DNA of 64,000 nt. It comes from Vicugna vicugna. Lineage: Eukaryota. Positions 52,202 to 64,000 of this stretch are shown one piece after another. The stretch covers positions 185,622-249,621 of the forward strand of contig MU058384.1 in the NCBI GenBank assembly GCA_013265495.1, read 5' to 3'. The translations under genes were made by a program, and so were the position numbers. Each line of letters begins with the position of its first letter. Position 1 is the first letter of the stretch. The notes beneath the pieces are model-generated. The model ran no database searches. It saw only the letters and a program-made list of their open reading frames with translations, and was not told where the DNA came from.

Positions 52202-53727
52202 ATGTGGCATGCAACGGATTAGAACAGCGGAAGGGAGGCATTAATTATAAGGAAGTGTAATTCGAAATAAAATAATTTCTTTGTCACTCTTTAAAAATGG
52301 TCTCTGAGTGGTAGTTCTTAACACAGCTTCTCCAAAACCTATGCTAAAATTCCTATGAAGACAGACAAAAATTAAAAGGAAACTTAAGAGTAAAGAGACT
52401 TGTTTCTGGGAAGATGGAGGAGATATCTTTTCCCTTTTACTCTCACTGTGCACAGATATGTTTTGTATAGGATAGATATGAAGACATCTATAAGACTTGA
52501 GAGGAAAAAAATAAATGACTTGATTATATGTGAGAATTATCTAGTGTTTCTCAGGGGAAAACATTTGTTACAATGTTACTGCATCTCCAATAGGATGTCC
52601 AATAGAACATTGCTTTCAGTTAACTCTGTTGTATGTCTGGTTTAGCATTTAGTCTGCCATCTTTGAAGAATGACCTTTCTGCTACTTATACATACTGGCT
52701 GCAAAGCAGTTCAAATCTGACTCAAGGTCAGCACCCAACATTTGATGTAGAATGATGAAGCATTTTTATAAATTGTTCTCCAGTTTTCAGTTACTTCACA
52801 CTTTTGATTTAGAGATTGCATTAAACAGTATATTTTAATAGAAATATCATCATTTTAAAATATGTGCATGTGTTTTCATTTTCCTATACCTTCTGCTGTG
52901 TTATATAATACAAAAAAAATTACAAGGCTCAATTCTATATTTAAACTTTCTGATCATTTTCAGAAAGTCTTGCTTGAGTATAGAAAAACAATTAGGGTTA
53001 TACCAATCAATGGAAATATAAGTATACTTTAAGAATTATAGTTCTTGATGGAAAGTTCAAAATAACTCTAACTTCAGCTAATCAGAACACTTAAAAATAT
53101 TGAGAAATAAAATGCATCTGATTGAACTGGAATCCTACTTCATTGACTGAGTGTGGAAGAGAAAGCAATCAATGCTAAGATCCTTACCACAGGCGTGGGA
53201 GTTGTTGAGTATTCTGTCTCCAACTTGGGAAATATATCTAATTAAGGGGAATTTGCCTTAACGATTTGCCTTAGGATCACAATTAGTGGAGACCTCTAGG
53301 GACTGTGGTTTCTACTTAGGGTCTTCCAATTTGACTACACTGCTATCCAATATAGGAAATTAATGAAAGCTTCATGAAAAAGATGCATTGTCTGCTCTAC
53401 TGAATCAGTTCCTTTTAAGACTATGTTTCCCTTCTTAAATATTTAAGTGTCTTCCTGCAGCTTAACAGGAAAAGTTTCCAAATACTTCTGTGTATGTTTA
53501 AAGTGTGGCTTTTTCATTCTGAGTCATGACAGATGGCACTTTTCTTTAATGGCCAGTGTGAAGATGAATGATTGCCTAGAGGTTCTTTCTTTATTCAACA
53601 ATTTTTTGACAGCCAGTGATGCAAACTGATTTTTTGTGTGAGAAGGATGCTCATCTAACTGATGTTTATAATAGTAATGTGTATTGTATCATAGTACTTT
53701 ATAGATTTATAGCAGGGCAAAAACATT

Positions 53728-54322
53728 ATGATAGGCAACTTATAAAATGACTCACCCCTAATAAGCCCCACTGTCTGGTATTTACAGTTTTTGTTATCTC
53801 CTCTTCATGAGGGTAGACTGGGCCTACTGATACACTTTTACAAACAGAATCTGGCAAAGGTAAGAAAATGTTAATTTTAAGATTAATCTGTTAAAGACAG
53901 TGAATCCCATCTTGCCTGCTCTCTCTAGATCTTCTGAGCTTGCTCACATAGTGAAACATGCTGCTGTGTCATGAACTGCCCTGTGATTCGATGGGGTTGC
54001 CCACTTGTGAAGGGACTGAGGGTGCCCTTCAGCTAATGACCAGTGAGGAGCTGAGGTTCTCTAACAGTCCACGAGGAACTGATTCTTGCCAACAATCACA
54101 GGAGTGAGCTTTGAAATCAGATCTTTCCCTGGAGACCTGAGATGTCTCCAGCCCTTCTCAACAACTCAATTGTAGCCTCTCAGACTCTTTTCATCTGAGA
54201 AAAAGGAACAAAAAAAAAATTGAGCCTGGATTTCTGACCCACAGAAATTGCAAGGAATAAATGTTGTTGTAAGCCATTTGGTTTTAGGGTAATTTGTTTT
54301 GCAGAAGTAGAAAACTAATGCA
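53728..54322 (+). mobile_element. MLT1F-like MaLR LTR
   Basis: 'gaggaactgattcttgccaacaatcac...tttctgacccacagaaattg...ttttagggtaatttgttttgcagaagtagaaaactaatgca'. Confidence 0.85.
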
Positions 54323-54639
54323 AACATGTGTGCCTGTTATGTTTGGAAAAGATGACATTATCCCAGAGCATAACTAATAATGATGGGGAAATGTTATGAC
54401 TGGTATCGTGAAAACATCCTCAGAATCATTTGAATTCAAACAACTATACTAAATATTGCTGTGTTTATAGCTTGTGCAGCTATCATATAAACTAGTGTAT
54501 GCAAATATCATTCAAACATTTTGGTATTCAACAAAGAGCAACTTGTAATTATTTAATAATAGATTATATCTAATTCTTAATATTAAAGATATAAACCTGT
54601 TGTCTGTAGTTTGTGCTGAAAGTATTTGCTCCAGTTGAC

Positions 54640-55205
54640 TTTTTATTCAAATAGATTTTATTTTTTAGAGCAGTTTTAAGTTCACAGCAAAATTGAGTGA
54701 AAACTACAGAGATTTTCTGTATCTCCCCTGCCCGGCAGGTGCATAGCCTCCCTCATTATCAACATCCCTCACCAGAGTGGTACATTTATTACAATTGGTG
54801 AACCTACATCAACATATCATTATTTCCCAAAGTCCATAGTTTATATGAGGGTTCACTTTTGGTGTTGTACATTCTTTGGGTTTGAAGAAGTGAATAATGA
54901 GATATATCCACCATTATAGTATCATTCAGAATAGTTTGACTTCCCTAAAATCTTCTGTGCTCCACCTGTTTATCCCATCTTCTCTCCAATCCCTGGCAAC
55001 CATTGATACTTTTACTATCTCCATAGTTTTGCCTTTTCATATAGTATGTAGCCTTTTCAGACTAGCTTCTTTAACTTAGTAATATGCATTTAAATTTCTC
55101 ATATATTTTCATGGCTTGATAATGTAGCTCTTTTTTAATGGTGAATAATATTCTATTGTCTTTGTGTATCACTGCTTATTTATCCATTCACCTACTGAAG
55201 GACAT
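54640..55205 (-). mobile_element. L1MC1/MD-type 3' end
   Basis: 'tttttagagcagttttaagttcacagcaaaattgag...caccagagtggtacattt...ccattcacctactgaaggacatct'. Confidence 0.88.
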
Positions 55206-56400
55206 CTGTCTCAAATTCATATAACTATACCTGCTCTCTTTTGATCAGTATTAGCATGGTATATCTTTCTGCATTCATTTACTTCTAAGCTAATAGTGTC
55301 TTTAAATTTAAAGTCAATTTCTTGTAGACAACACATTGGGTCTACAAGACGAATTGAGTCTTGTTTCTTGAATCATTCTGACAATCCTTGTCTTTTAATT
55401 GGTACATTTAGACCACTGACATTCAAACTTATTATTGATATGGATAAATTAATATCTACCATATTCATTACTTTTCTATTTGCTGCTGCCCTCATTCTTT
55501 TTTTCTGCTTTTATCTTCCAATCCATTTCTGCTTTTTGTGGTTTTTAATTGAGTATTTTGTGTAAGTCCATTTCTCTCCTTTATTAGCATAGATGTTGTC
55601 GTTGTCTTTTTTTTAACCTTTTTTCAGTGGTTGCCTTAGAGTTTTTAATATACTTATCTACTTTTGCCACTAACCCAAATCTACTTTCAGTAATTGTATA
55701 CTGCTTCATGGGTAGTGCAAGTACTTTATAATAACAGAGCAATCCTAATTTCTCCCACTTGTGTCATTCATTGCTGCCATTCATTTTGCTGATGAATAAG
55801 CATACACAAGCATACATGCACAACCACATAAACATGCATAATTAAATACATTGTCGTAACTATTTTGAACAAACTGTAGTCTGTTAGATCTATTAAGAGT
55901 AATAAATATAAAAAAGTTTATTTTATGCTTACTTATTCCTTCTCAGATGTTTTACTTTCTTCTTTTGTTTGTTTTTTATTATTTAGTTTTATTTTGCTTA
56001 AAGAGTAGTAAGTGAGGAGAACAAGAAGCCAGAGTGAATCTGTTATTAGTGATAACTTGATTGAATAAATTGAAGGAAGCTAGATTTTGGTGATTTTGGT
56101 CAGTACATTCATCTCAGATATTTATTAAGGAATCATATATTAAAATTATGCAGAACCAATTTTATGGCTTTTATTATTTTCCTTTCTTTATGCAGAACCA
56201 AGTTTCTGCCTTTTACCATTTTCCTTTTCTTACAATAACTTCTTAACATTTTGTGGAAGGCAAGTCTACTGATTCTCTTAGTTTTGTTTGAGAGTCTTTA
56301 TTTCTTTTTCACTTTTGATGAATATTTTTGCAGGGTACAGAATTCCAGGTGGATAGGTTTTTTTTTTTTTTCTCAACACTTTAAATATTTCACTCCACTT
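55206..56400 (-). mobile_element. Old L1 ORF1 end / spacer / ORF2 start fragment
   Basis: 'ttagcatggtatatcttt...tttcttgtagacaaca...ggtacatttagaccactgacatt...cagggtacagaattccaggtgg'. Confidence 0.8.
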
Positions 56401-57880
56401 TCCTTGTTTTTGATGAACTTGAAAGGTTTGAGGAGTCCCAGTCAAGTATTTTATAGGATGTCCCTCACTTAGTATTTGATTTTTTTCCTCTCAGGATTAG
56501 ATAAGGGTACTCTGTTTTGGGGAGGAAGACCACAGAGATCAGGTGCTATTTCATAACATTATACTGTATTAACCATGATCACAAGGCTGAGGCAGTCTTT
56601 GTTAACTTCCTCCACTCCAGATTACTCTTTTTCACGCCTTTTCATGCTATACTTTTTGGATGGATGTCACTGTGCAGTTGAGTTAAGTTCCATGCCCTAA
56701 AGGACAGAGTGTTTATGTAAATTATTTGGAATTCATTTGCACATGAGATATTTTAATTCTATATTTATTTAGTCAGTCACTTAATTATATCAAAATGGGC
56801 TTGTGGATATTTATTGTATACCATGGTTTATAAAATAAGACTACTTTGATTCAATTGCTTAGTGTGTTCCAACGTGGCTTTAGGAGTTCTTTCATTGGCT
56901 CCTGTGTTTCATTTATTTACCCCATCATTGTTGATTTTCTTTAATTTATTTTTTGAGCACATCTTTATTTATCAGCACTACAAGATGCTCCAGGCTCATC
57001 TTGAGTATTTCCTGCCCCAATTCTAGAGTCAACCATTTCTCTCAGGGGCCCTATTTCCTTTTATTGAAGAATCGCATTAGAAACCAAACTCTGGACATGA
57101 GATTTGGTCTTTGTTCCTGAGGCACCCTTATTTCCAGGCCCTTTCAGCTTACAGGCAAAGAAATTGACAGGTGTGTGGATTAGCCCATGTATATATGCAA
57201 AAATATTTCAATATGTAACCATTGGTATATATATTAAATTAAACTTGAGTTCATACTAATGCCTCCAACTCTAATTCATTACCACATTGATCTTCCTGAC
57301 ATTTTCCCCTTGCTTCTATATTGCCTTCCGCTCCAAGAGTGAGATATCTGGCTCCACCATTAGCTATCCCTTTCTTCTTTATTTTGTCCATCTCCACATA
57401 CATATATAATGGTCTGAGAATTGTTAACATGTAACCCTTGGGAAAACTTTATCAGCTAGAGTACAGTGCTTATGGACAGTTCCCTTACCTTTAATTGTAC
57501 AGACGTCACTCATTTCTAAAGTTACTTCGGTCAGCACTTTTTACCCCTATACCCTTCAGTGAGGTACTTCCATACATTTGTAATTCAGTTGATATTTTCT
57601 TACCAATTCCGCATCCCCTCCTGGAATGTCCTGACTTTAAAATGACTTTCCTTTAAAGTTGTGCCTATTAAGAGTAACTTTTTGTGCTGTAAATTTCTAT
57701 GGCTTTGGATCAACACATGGGATCATGTATCCACCATTAGCAGTATCATACAGAAAATTTCACTGCCCTAAAACTTCTTTCGTGCTCATCTATTCAACTG
57801 TTTCCCTTCTTCCTAAAACCAAGGCTAGCACTGATCTGTTGCTTTCTTTATAGTTTTGCTTTTTTACAAAATGTCGTATA

Positions 57881-58536
57881 CTGTCAGTTCATATTATTCA
57901 TGGTAGTTATGTTTGAAGAAGTCACTTTAGACACTAGATTAGTTAATACTGAGCCATTGCTTCTAGGGGAAAAGCAAGATTAGGTTCTTGTGAGCCTCTG
58001 GTCAGAACATTTATATCAGTCTATTACATGTCACCTTATTTGATGTGTGTTTCAGTTTATAAAGATATGTTATTTATTATATATTACTGATTCATTAACA
58101 TTGAACTCACAGTTAACAGCACTGTAACTCAAGCATGAGTGAACTTTGTCTAATGTATTTTCTCTGTAAGACACATCACAGTCTTTTTGAACTTAGGAAC
58201 ACCAAACAGCACATCAGTGTTACATTTGGGGTTCCTTTTCAATAGTTAAATCATGAATAAAAAAGCACAAAACTGCAGGAAAAAAGTGATACTAAATATA
58301 CTGCAGATAGGATACCTGTTTACACTTTGAGAGCTAAAATAAGAAAGTGGAATGTGGCCTTGTCCAGTGTCATCTGGGAACATGCATGTAAAGGGACTAA
58401 ACTTTTCTTTCAGCATTTAAGAATATGTGTTCAGATAATCACAAAATCACTGCAAGTATTGATTTTGGAGATACAAATAAATTTTATCAAGTAGACAAAT
58501 TCATAAATAAGGAATCTTTGAACAAAAGACCAACTG
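57881..58536 (+). mobile_element. MER82 (TcMar-Tigger) DNA transposon, near full length
   Basis: 'ctgtcagttcatattattcatggtagttatg...aatactgagccattgcttctagggga...ttaggttcttgtgagcctctggtca'; ends 'gaccaactg'; TA at both flanks; ~655 bp. Confidence 0.85.
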
Positions 58537-58806
58537 TAATTGTAGTAATATAGTAAGTAGTTTTTTCAGAGAGCTTTTTTTTAAAATTATTGAATAATAT
58601 TCCATTGTATGGAGGTACCACAGTTTGTTTATCCATATAATTTTCAAAAGACATTTTTGTTGTTTCTAGTTTTGGCAATTATATATAAAGCAACTATAAA
58701 TATTTACACATAGGTTTTTGTGGGCACATAAGTTTTCACATCAGTTGGGTAAATTTCTAGGAGCATGATTGCTGGTTCATATGGTTAGACTGTTTAGCTT
58801 TGGAAG

Positions 58807-59215
58807 TGTGATAGTTAAAATTAATTTGTCAACTTGGCTTGGCTACAGTGCCCAGCTGTTTGGTCAAACACTGTTGTTTGATATGTTTTGAAGGTATTTG
58901 TTAACTGTGATTAACATCTAATATCAGTTGACTTTTAGTAAAAAGAAATGAGCCTTGATAGTATGGGTGGGCCTCATTCAATCAGTTGAAGACCTTAAGG
59001 GCAAAATCTAAGGCTCCCTAGAGAAATAGGAATTCTGCCTCAAGATGTGAGCTAAGAATCCTTCCTGAGTTCTCAGCTTACTGGCCTTCCTGCAGATCTT
59101 AGACATGCCATCCCTCACAACAGTGTGAACCAGTTTTGATGTAAATCTCATAATTTACACACACACACACACACGCCATACTGGTTCTGCCCTCTGGAGA
59201 CCCCTGACTGATACG
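58807..59215 (+). mobile_element. MLT2 (ERVL) LTR containing (CA)n
   Basis: 'tgtgatagttaaaattaatttgtcaacttggcttggctacagtgcccag...ctggttctg..tctggagacccctgactgatac'. Confidence 0.9.
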
Positions 59216-60449
59216 TTAAGAAACTGTCAAACTATTTTCCAAAATGGCTGTACCATTTTACTTTGTTGGTAGAAAATCGATACTGCCAGTTTTTTTGAAT
59301 TTTAGCAGTTATGTTGGATGTGTAGTGGTTCCTCATTGTTTTAATTTAAAACTCTCTAATGAATTAATATTAGCATCTCTATGTGCTTTTTATCATCTGT
59401 ACATCTCCTTTGATGAAGTATCTCCCGATCATTTGTCAGTTTTTAAATTGGGTAACTGGTGTTCTCAATGTTACTTTTTACTCAGGCTATGGTCTTTCTT
59501 TCAGTTCACTTAGCAGTTTCTTCTCCAGGGCAGACTTAAAATTTTAATAGAGTCTAACAACATTTTTTCTTTTATTCCTATCACATTTTGTTTCTCTGGC
59601 ACTGTTTATGTAAAGAACTATCCTGTCTTCCTTTTGTTGCCTTTTTTTCCTTTGTCAAGGATCAATTGATTATACATGAGTCCACCTCAGAGCCTCTATT
59701 TTGTTTCATTGGTCTATGTGACAATTTATTTGTTGGTACCACTCTGTCTTAAAGCTGTTACTTTGTAGTAATTCTTAACACTGGGTTTCATAAGCCCTCC
59801 AACTTTGTTGTTCTATATTATTTTGGCTCTTCTAGAGCTTTTACCCTTACTTAAAAACTTTAAATTAGTTTGTCAATGTCTCCAACTGTATCTTTTATTA
59901 CAATTTTGTTGATTCTCTAGACAAGGTAGTAAAAATGTATATCTTAAAATTTTTGAGTCTTCCAATCCATGAACATTGACTACCTGTCCATTCACTAGAT
60001 CTGCTTTGAATTCCTCAATTGGAGTTTTTAGTTTTCTGCTTGTTGATCTTGTATGCATTTGGTTAGACTTATACCTAAGTGATTTTTGGTGGTTATAAAT
60101 TGTATTGTGTTTTTAATTTCAAATTTTAATTGTAAATTGCTGATACAAAAATTGGCTTTGTTATAAAAAATCCTGTAACTCTGCTGTCTTGGTATACTTG
60201 GTGAAGTTCCAGAGAGCTTTTTTCCACCCTATTCTTTTGTCAATAATCATATAATCTGTCCATAAAGACAATCTTAGTTCTTTTACTACATCTATATAAC
60301 TTTTATTTCCTTTTCTTTCTTATTTCACTAGTTTGGACCTCTGGTATGATGTTAAGTAGGGGTGTGAGAGAGGACATTCTTGCTTTATTCTAAATCTCAG
60401 GTGGAAAACATGTGGTTTCTCACCATTAAATTTGATGATGACTTTAAAT

Positions 60450-61036
60450 TTTTTTTTAACTCTTTATTTTTAATTGAAGTATAGTTATTTACAATGTTGT
60501 GTTAGTTTCTGGTGTACAGCATAATGATTTAAGTTATATGTATGTATATGTATATTCCTTTTCATACACTTTTTCATTGTAGATTATTATAAGATATTGA
60601 ATATAGTTCCCTGTGCTATACAGTAAGACCTTGTTTATCTGTTTTATATATAGTAGTTTATATCTGCAAATCCTGAACCCCCAGTGTATCCCTCCCAACC
60701 CCCTTTCCCCCCTGGTAAACATAAATGTGATTTTACATCTTGTGAGTCTGCTTCTGTTTTATAAATAAGTTTATTTGTGTCATTTTTTTGATTCCACATA
60801 TAAATAACATCATATAGTATTTTTATTTCTCTTTCTTGCTTTCTTCACTTAGAATGGTGATCTCCAGGTCCATCCATGTTGCTGTAAATGACATTATTTT
60901 ATTCTTTTTATTGCTAAGTAGTATTCCATTGTATAAATATATCACAACTTCTTTATCCAGTCATCTGTGGATGGACATTTAGGTTTCTTCTGTGTCTTGG
61001 CTATTGTAAATAGTGCTGCCATGAACATTGGGGTAC
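60450..61036 (-). mobile_element. Young L1 3' end nested in the old L1
   Basis: 'ttttaattgaagtatagtt..tttacaatgttgtgttagtttctggtgtacagc...gaacattggggtacatg'; degenerate TSD atgactttaaattt / atggctctaagttt. Confidence 0.9.
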
Positions 61037-61207
61037 ATGGCTCTAAGTTTTTTGTAGGTCCTCTTTATCAACTCAAGTAAGTGCCCCTGTATGCTTAGAG
61101 TTTTTAATCATGAATGAGTGTTGGATTTTGTCTTATGCATTTTCTGCATCAATTGAAGTAAATATGATTTTCCTTTTTGATTTTGTGAATTTGGTGGATT
61201 GCATTAA

Positions 61208-61466
61208 TTTTTTTATTCAAGTATATTTGATTTACAATTTTGTGTTAATTGCTGATGTACAGCATAGCAATTCAGTTAGTTATGTGTGTGTGTGTGTGTG
61301 TATATATATGTATATATATTCTTTTTTGTATTCTTTTTTATTATACATTATTATACAAGCTCTTGAACATAGTTCCCTGTGCTATACAGTAGGGCCTTGT
61401 TGTTTACCTACTACTATGTAGTAGTTTGAATCTGTTAATCCCAAACTTCTAATTTATCCTTCCTCA
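61208..61466 (-). mobile_element. Short L1 3' tail insertion with (TG)n(TA)n
   Basis: 'ttgatttacaattttgtgttaatt...gtacagcatagc...agttccctgtgctatacagtagg...ctaatttatcc'. Confidence 0.85.
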
Positions 61467-62139
61467 CTAACTGATTTTTGAGTGCTGAACTCGCCTACAT
61501 ACCTGGAATAAACCTCATATGGTAGTGGTTTATAATAATTTTTATACATCGTTGGATACAATTTTGAGTATTTTGTTGATGATTTTTGCATCTACGTTCA
61601 TGAGAGATACTGATCTATTATTTCATTTCTTGTATTTTTAAAATCTGGTTTAATTAGTAAAATAATGCTGGCCTCAAAGAATAACTATGAAGGATTTCCT
61701 CTGTCTCTATATTCTGGAATAGATTATGGAGAATTGGTAATTTTTTCCTTTAATGTTAGTTAGAATTTACTACTATAACCATATGGACTGATTCATGCTT
61801 GCTTCTTTCTTGTGATTGATACTTTCTTTTGAAGACTATTAATTTAATTAATGATTCAATTTTTTTGATATATATATAAGCCTATTCCGATTATCTATTT
61901 CTCCTTGTATGAGTTTTGGGAGTTTGTGTCTTTCAAGAATTTGCCTATTTCATCTACCTTATCAATTTGTGGACATCAAGTTTTTCAGTTTATTTCTTTA
62001 TTAGTTCTTAGTATCAGTGCAATTAGTAGTTACGAACTCTCTTTCATTTATTATATATGTAATTATATATATTATATACACACATATATCTATCTATATC
62101 TGCCTATCTATCTATCTAAATTTGTGTCTTCCTTCTTCT

Positions 62140-62525
62140 ATTAGTCTATTCAAATTGCTATAATAAAATGCTATAGACGGGGTGGCTTAATCAACAGAAA
62201 TTTATTTTCTAGCAGTCCTGGGTCTAGAATTCCAAGATCAGTGTTCCAGAAAGGTGGTTTTCTGTGAGATCTCTCTTCTTGGCTTGCGGATGGCTGCCTT
62301 CTTGCTGTATCCTCATGCTGCTTTTCTTCTGTCTACATGCAGAGAGAGATCTCTGGTGTTTGTTCCTCCTGTAAGGATACAAGCTTCCACTCTTATGACC
62401 TTATTTGACTTTCATCACCTTGCTAGTTGTAAGGATATAAAACACATAAGGCCCTGTCTGTAAAAATAGTCACGTTGGGGACTGTGGCATCCATGTATGA
62501 ATTTGTGGGGGACAAAATTTGGTCC
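62140..62525 (-). mobile_element. MLT1A-like LTR
   Basis: 'ttgctataataaaatgctatagacggggtggcttaa...caacagaaatttatttt...tgaatttgtgggggaca'. Confidence 0.88.
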
Positions 62526-63497
62526 CCATTTTTCCTGGTTAACCTGGCTAGAAATTTATTTATTTTATTAATCTTTCCAAAAAAACAACTTTTACTTCTG
62601 TTGATTTTCTCCATTAATTTTTTATTTTCAATTTCATAGATTTATGTCCTAGTTTTTGTTTTCTTTTACTTGCTTTAAACTTAATTTGCTCTTCTTACTA
62701 TATAGATTACTATTGGAGAAGATTAGATTATTGATTTTTAGATCTTCTTTTTTTAATATCTGCATTCAGTGCTGCAAATTTCTTTCTTAGCAGTGCCCTC
62801 AGTGTATTCTATGTTGTTTTACAGGTTGTATTTTCATTTAATTCGAAATACTTTTAAATTTTCTTAAGACTTGTTTTTTCTGGCATATTTTTAGAAATGT
62901 TTTGCTTTACTTCTAAATATGTCAGGATTTTCTAGCTATCTTTCTGTTATTGATTTCTAGGTTAATTCTGTTGTGACCTGATAATACATTTTGTAATTCT
63001 GTTGTGACCTGATAATACATTTTGTATGACTTCTCTTCTTTTATATTAGTTGGTTTTATGACCCAGAATGCGATATATCTTGGTGAGTTCTCCAAGTGAT
63101 CTTGAACATAATACATATTCTGCTGCTGTTGGATGAATTATTCTATAAGTGCCAATTAGATCACATTGATTGATGGTTCTGTCCAGGTCAACTATATTCT
63201 TACTTATTTTTCGTCTGCTTGAACTATCAATAACTGAAATAAAGAGATATTGAAGTATGAACTATAATAACGGATTTGCCCACTTTTCTTGCAGTTCTGT
63301 TGTTTTTCTCATGTATTTTGATGCTCTCTTGTTTTGGTGCATACACGATTACTGTCATGTACCATTTTGGAGAATTGATTCTTTTTCCATTATGTAATGA
63401 TACTTTTTATCTCCCCAAATCGTCCTTGTCTGAAATTAATAGACTTATTCCTGGTGTCTTCTGATTAATGTTAGCATGTTTAACTTTTCCATCTCCC

Positions 63498-63685
63498 AGA
63501 GAGAGAGCATGTGAAGACATAGCAAGAAGGTGCCCACCTACAAGCTAGAGAGAGAGACCTCAGAAGAATCCAACTCTGTGGACACCTTGATCTTGGACTT
63601 TTAGTCTCCAGAACTATGGGAAAATAAACTTCTGTTGTTTAAGCCATCCAGTCTGTGGTTGTCAGACCTGGCAAACTAATTATAC
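63498..63685 (+). mobile_element. MLT1A/B LTR, 3' half
   Basis: 'catgtgaagacatagcaagaagg...gacaccttgatcttggactt..agtctccagaactatg...gtttaagccatccagtctgtgg'. Confidence 0.88.
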
Positions 63686-64000
63686 ATGATATTATCACTT
63701 CAAATATTATAGATCTCCAATGGATGTAAATTCAAATTAATAATAACATTTAATATTATGAGTAATATTTACCTCCATTTTAATGTCTTGCTTGCAACCT
63801 GTTATAACATTATTTTGTCCAACTGTAGAAGTTTTACATACTTTTATTTTTAATATATCACAGCATGAGTCATTTATCAAAGCCCAAGTAATTTTTTTAA
63901 GTAAGATATGGAATGTGTAATTTTTCCATATTGTTTTTCTAAATAGATCTTTCTGTTGACTTCTTAAACAAATTATGTCTTGTGTCTGAAAGCATTTGGA

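Larger units (their letters stand above)
56401..63490 (-). mobile_element. Long old L1 (L1MD-like 3' UTR through ORF2) carrying several nested insertions
   Basis: Continuous antisense L1 signature; ORFs 62423..62614 (MEKINRSKSCFFGKINKINKFLARL) and 58487..58678 are ORF2-like. Confidence 0.8.

Noticed and set aside
1..64000. Short ORFs in the six-frame track as host protein-coding genes
   Set aside because: All are 60-142 aa, many with non-ATG starts or low-complexity composition. The recognisable ones are broken L1/L2 ORF2 pieces, and no consistent exon chain was found.

Overview
AT-rich, CpG-depleted mammalian genomic DNA, intergenic or deep intronic. No protein-coding gene, RNA gene or CRISPR array is recognisable. 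About half the window is decayed transposable elements: L1, L2, CR1/L3, MIR, MaLR (MLT1) and ERVL (MLT2) LTRs, two ERV1-type solo LTRs and two Tigger-family DNA transposons. Two tRNA-Ala-derived SINEs resemble camelid Vic-1, and no BovB, Bov-tA, PRE-1 or Alu is visible, which points to a camelid (alpaca/llama/camel). The ORFs with recognisable homology are broken L1/L2 ORF2 pieces. I found no new biological system. The best leads are: an apparent AT->GC substitution burst (possible recombination-hotspot footprint) at 46.3-47.0 kb; a strong CTCF motif in a repeat-free, CpG-retaining block at 38.2 kb; a twin-primed, 5'-inverted L1; a near-perfect 295 bp tandem duplication; an orphan ~185 bp insertion; and a few candidate microexons. 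Repeat subfamily names and boundaries come from visual recognition against remembered consensus sequences and are approximate.
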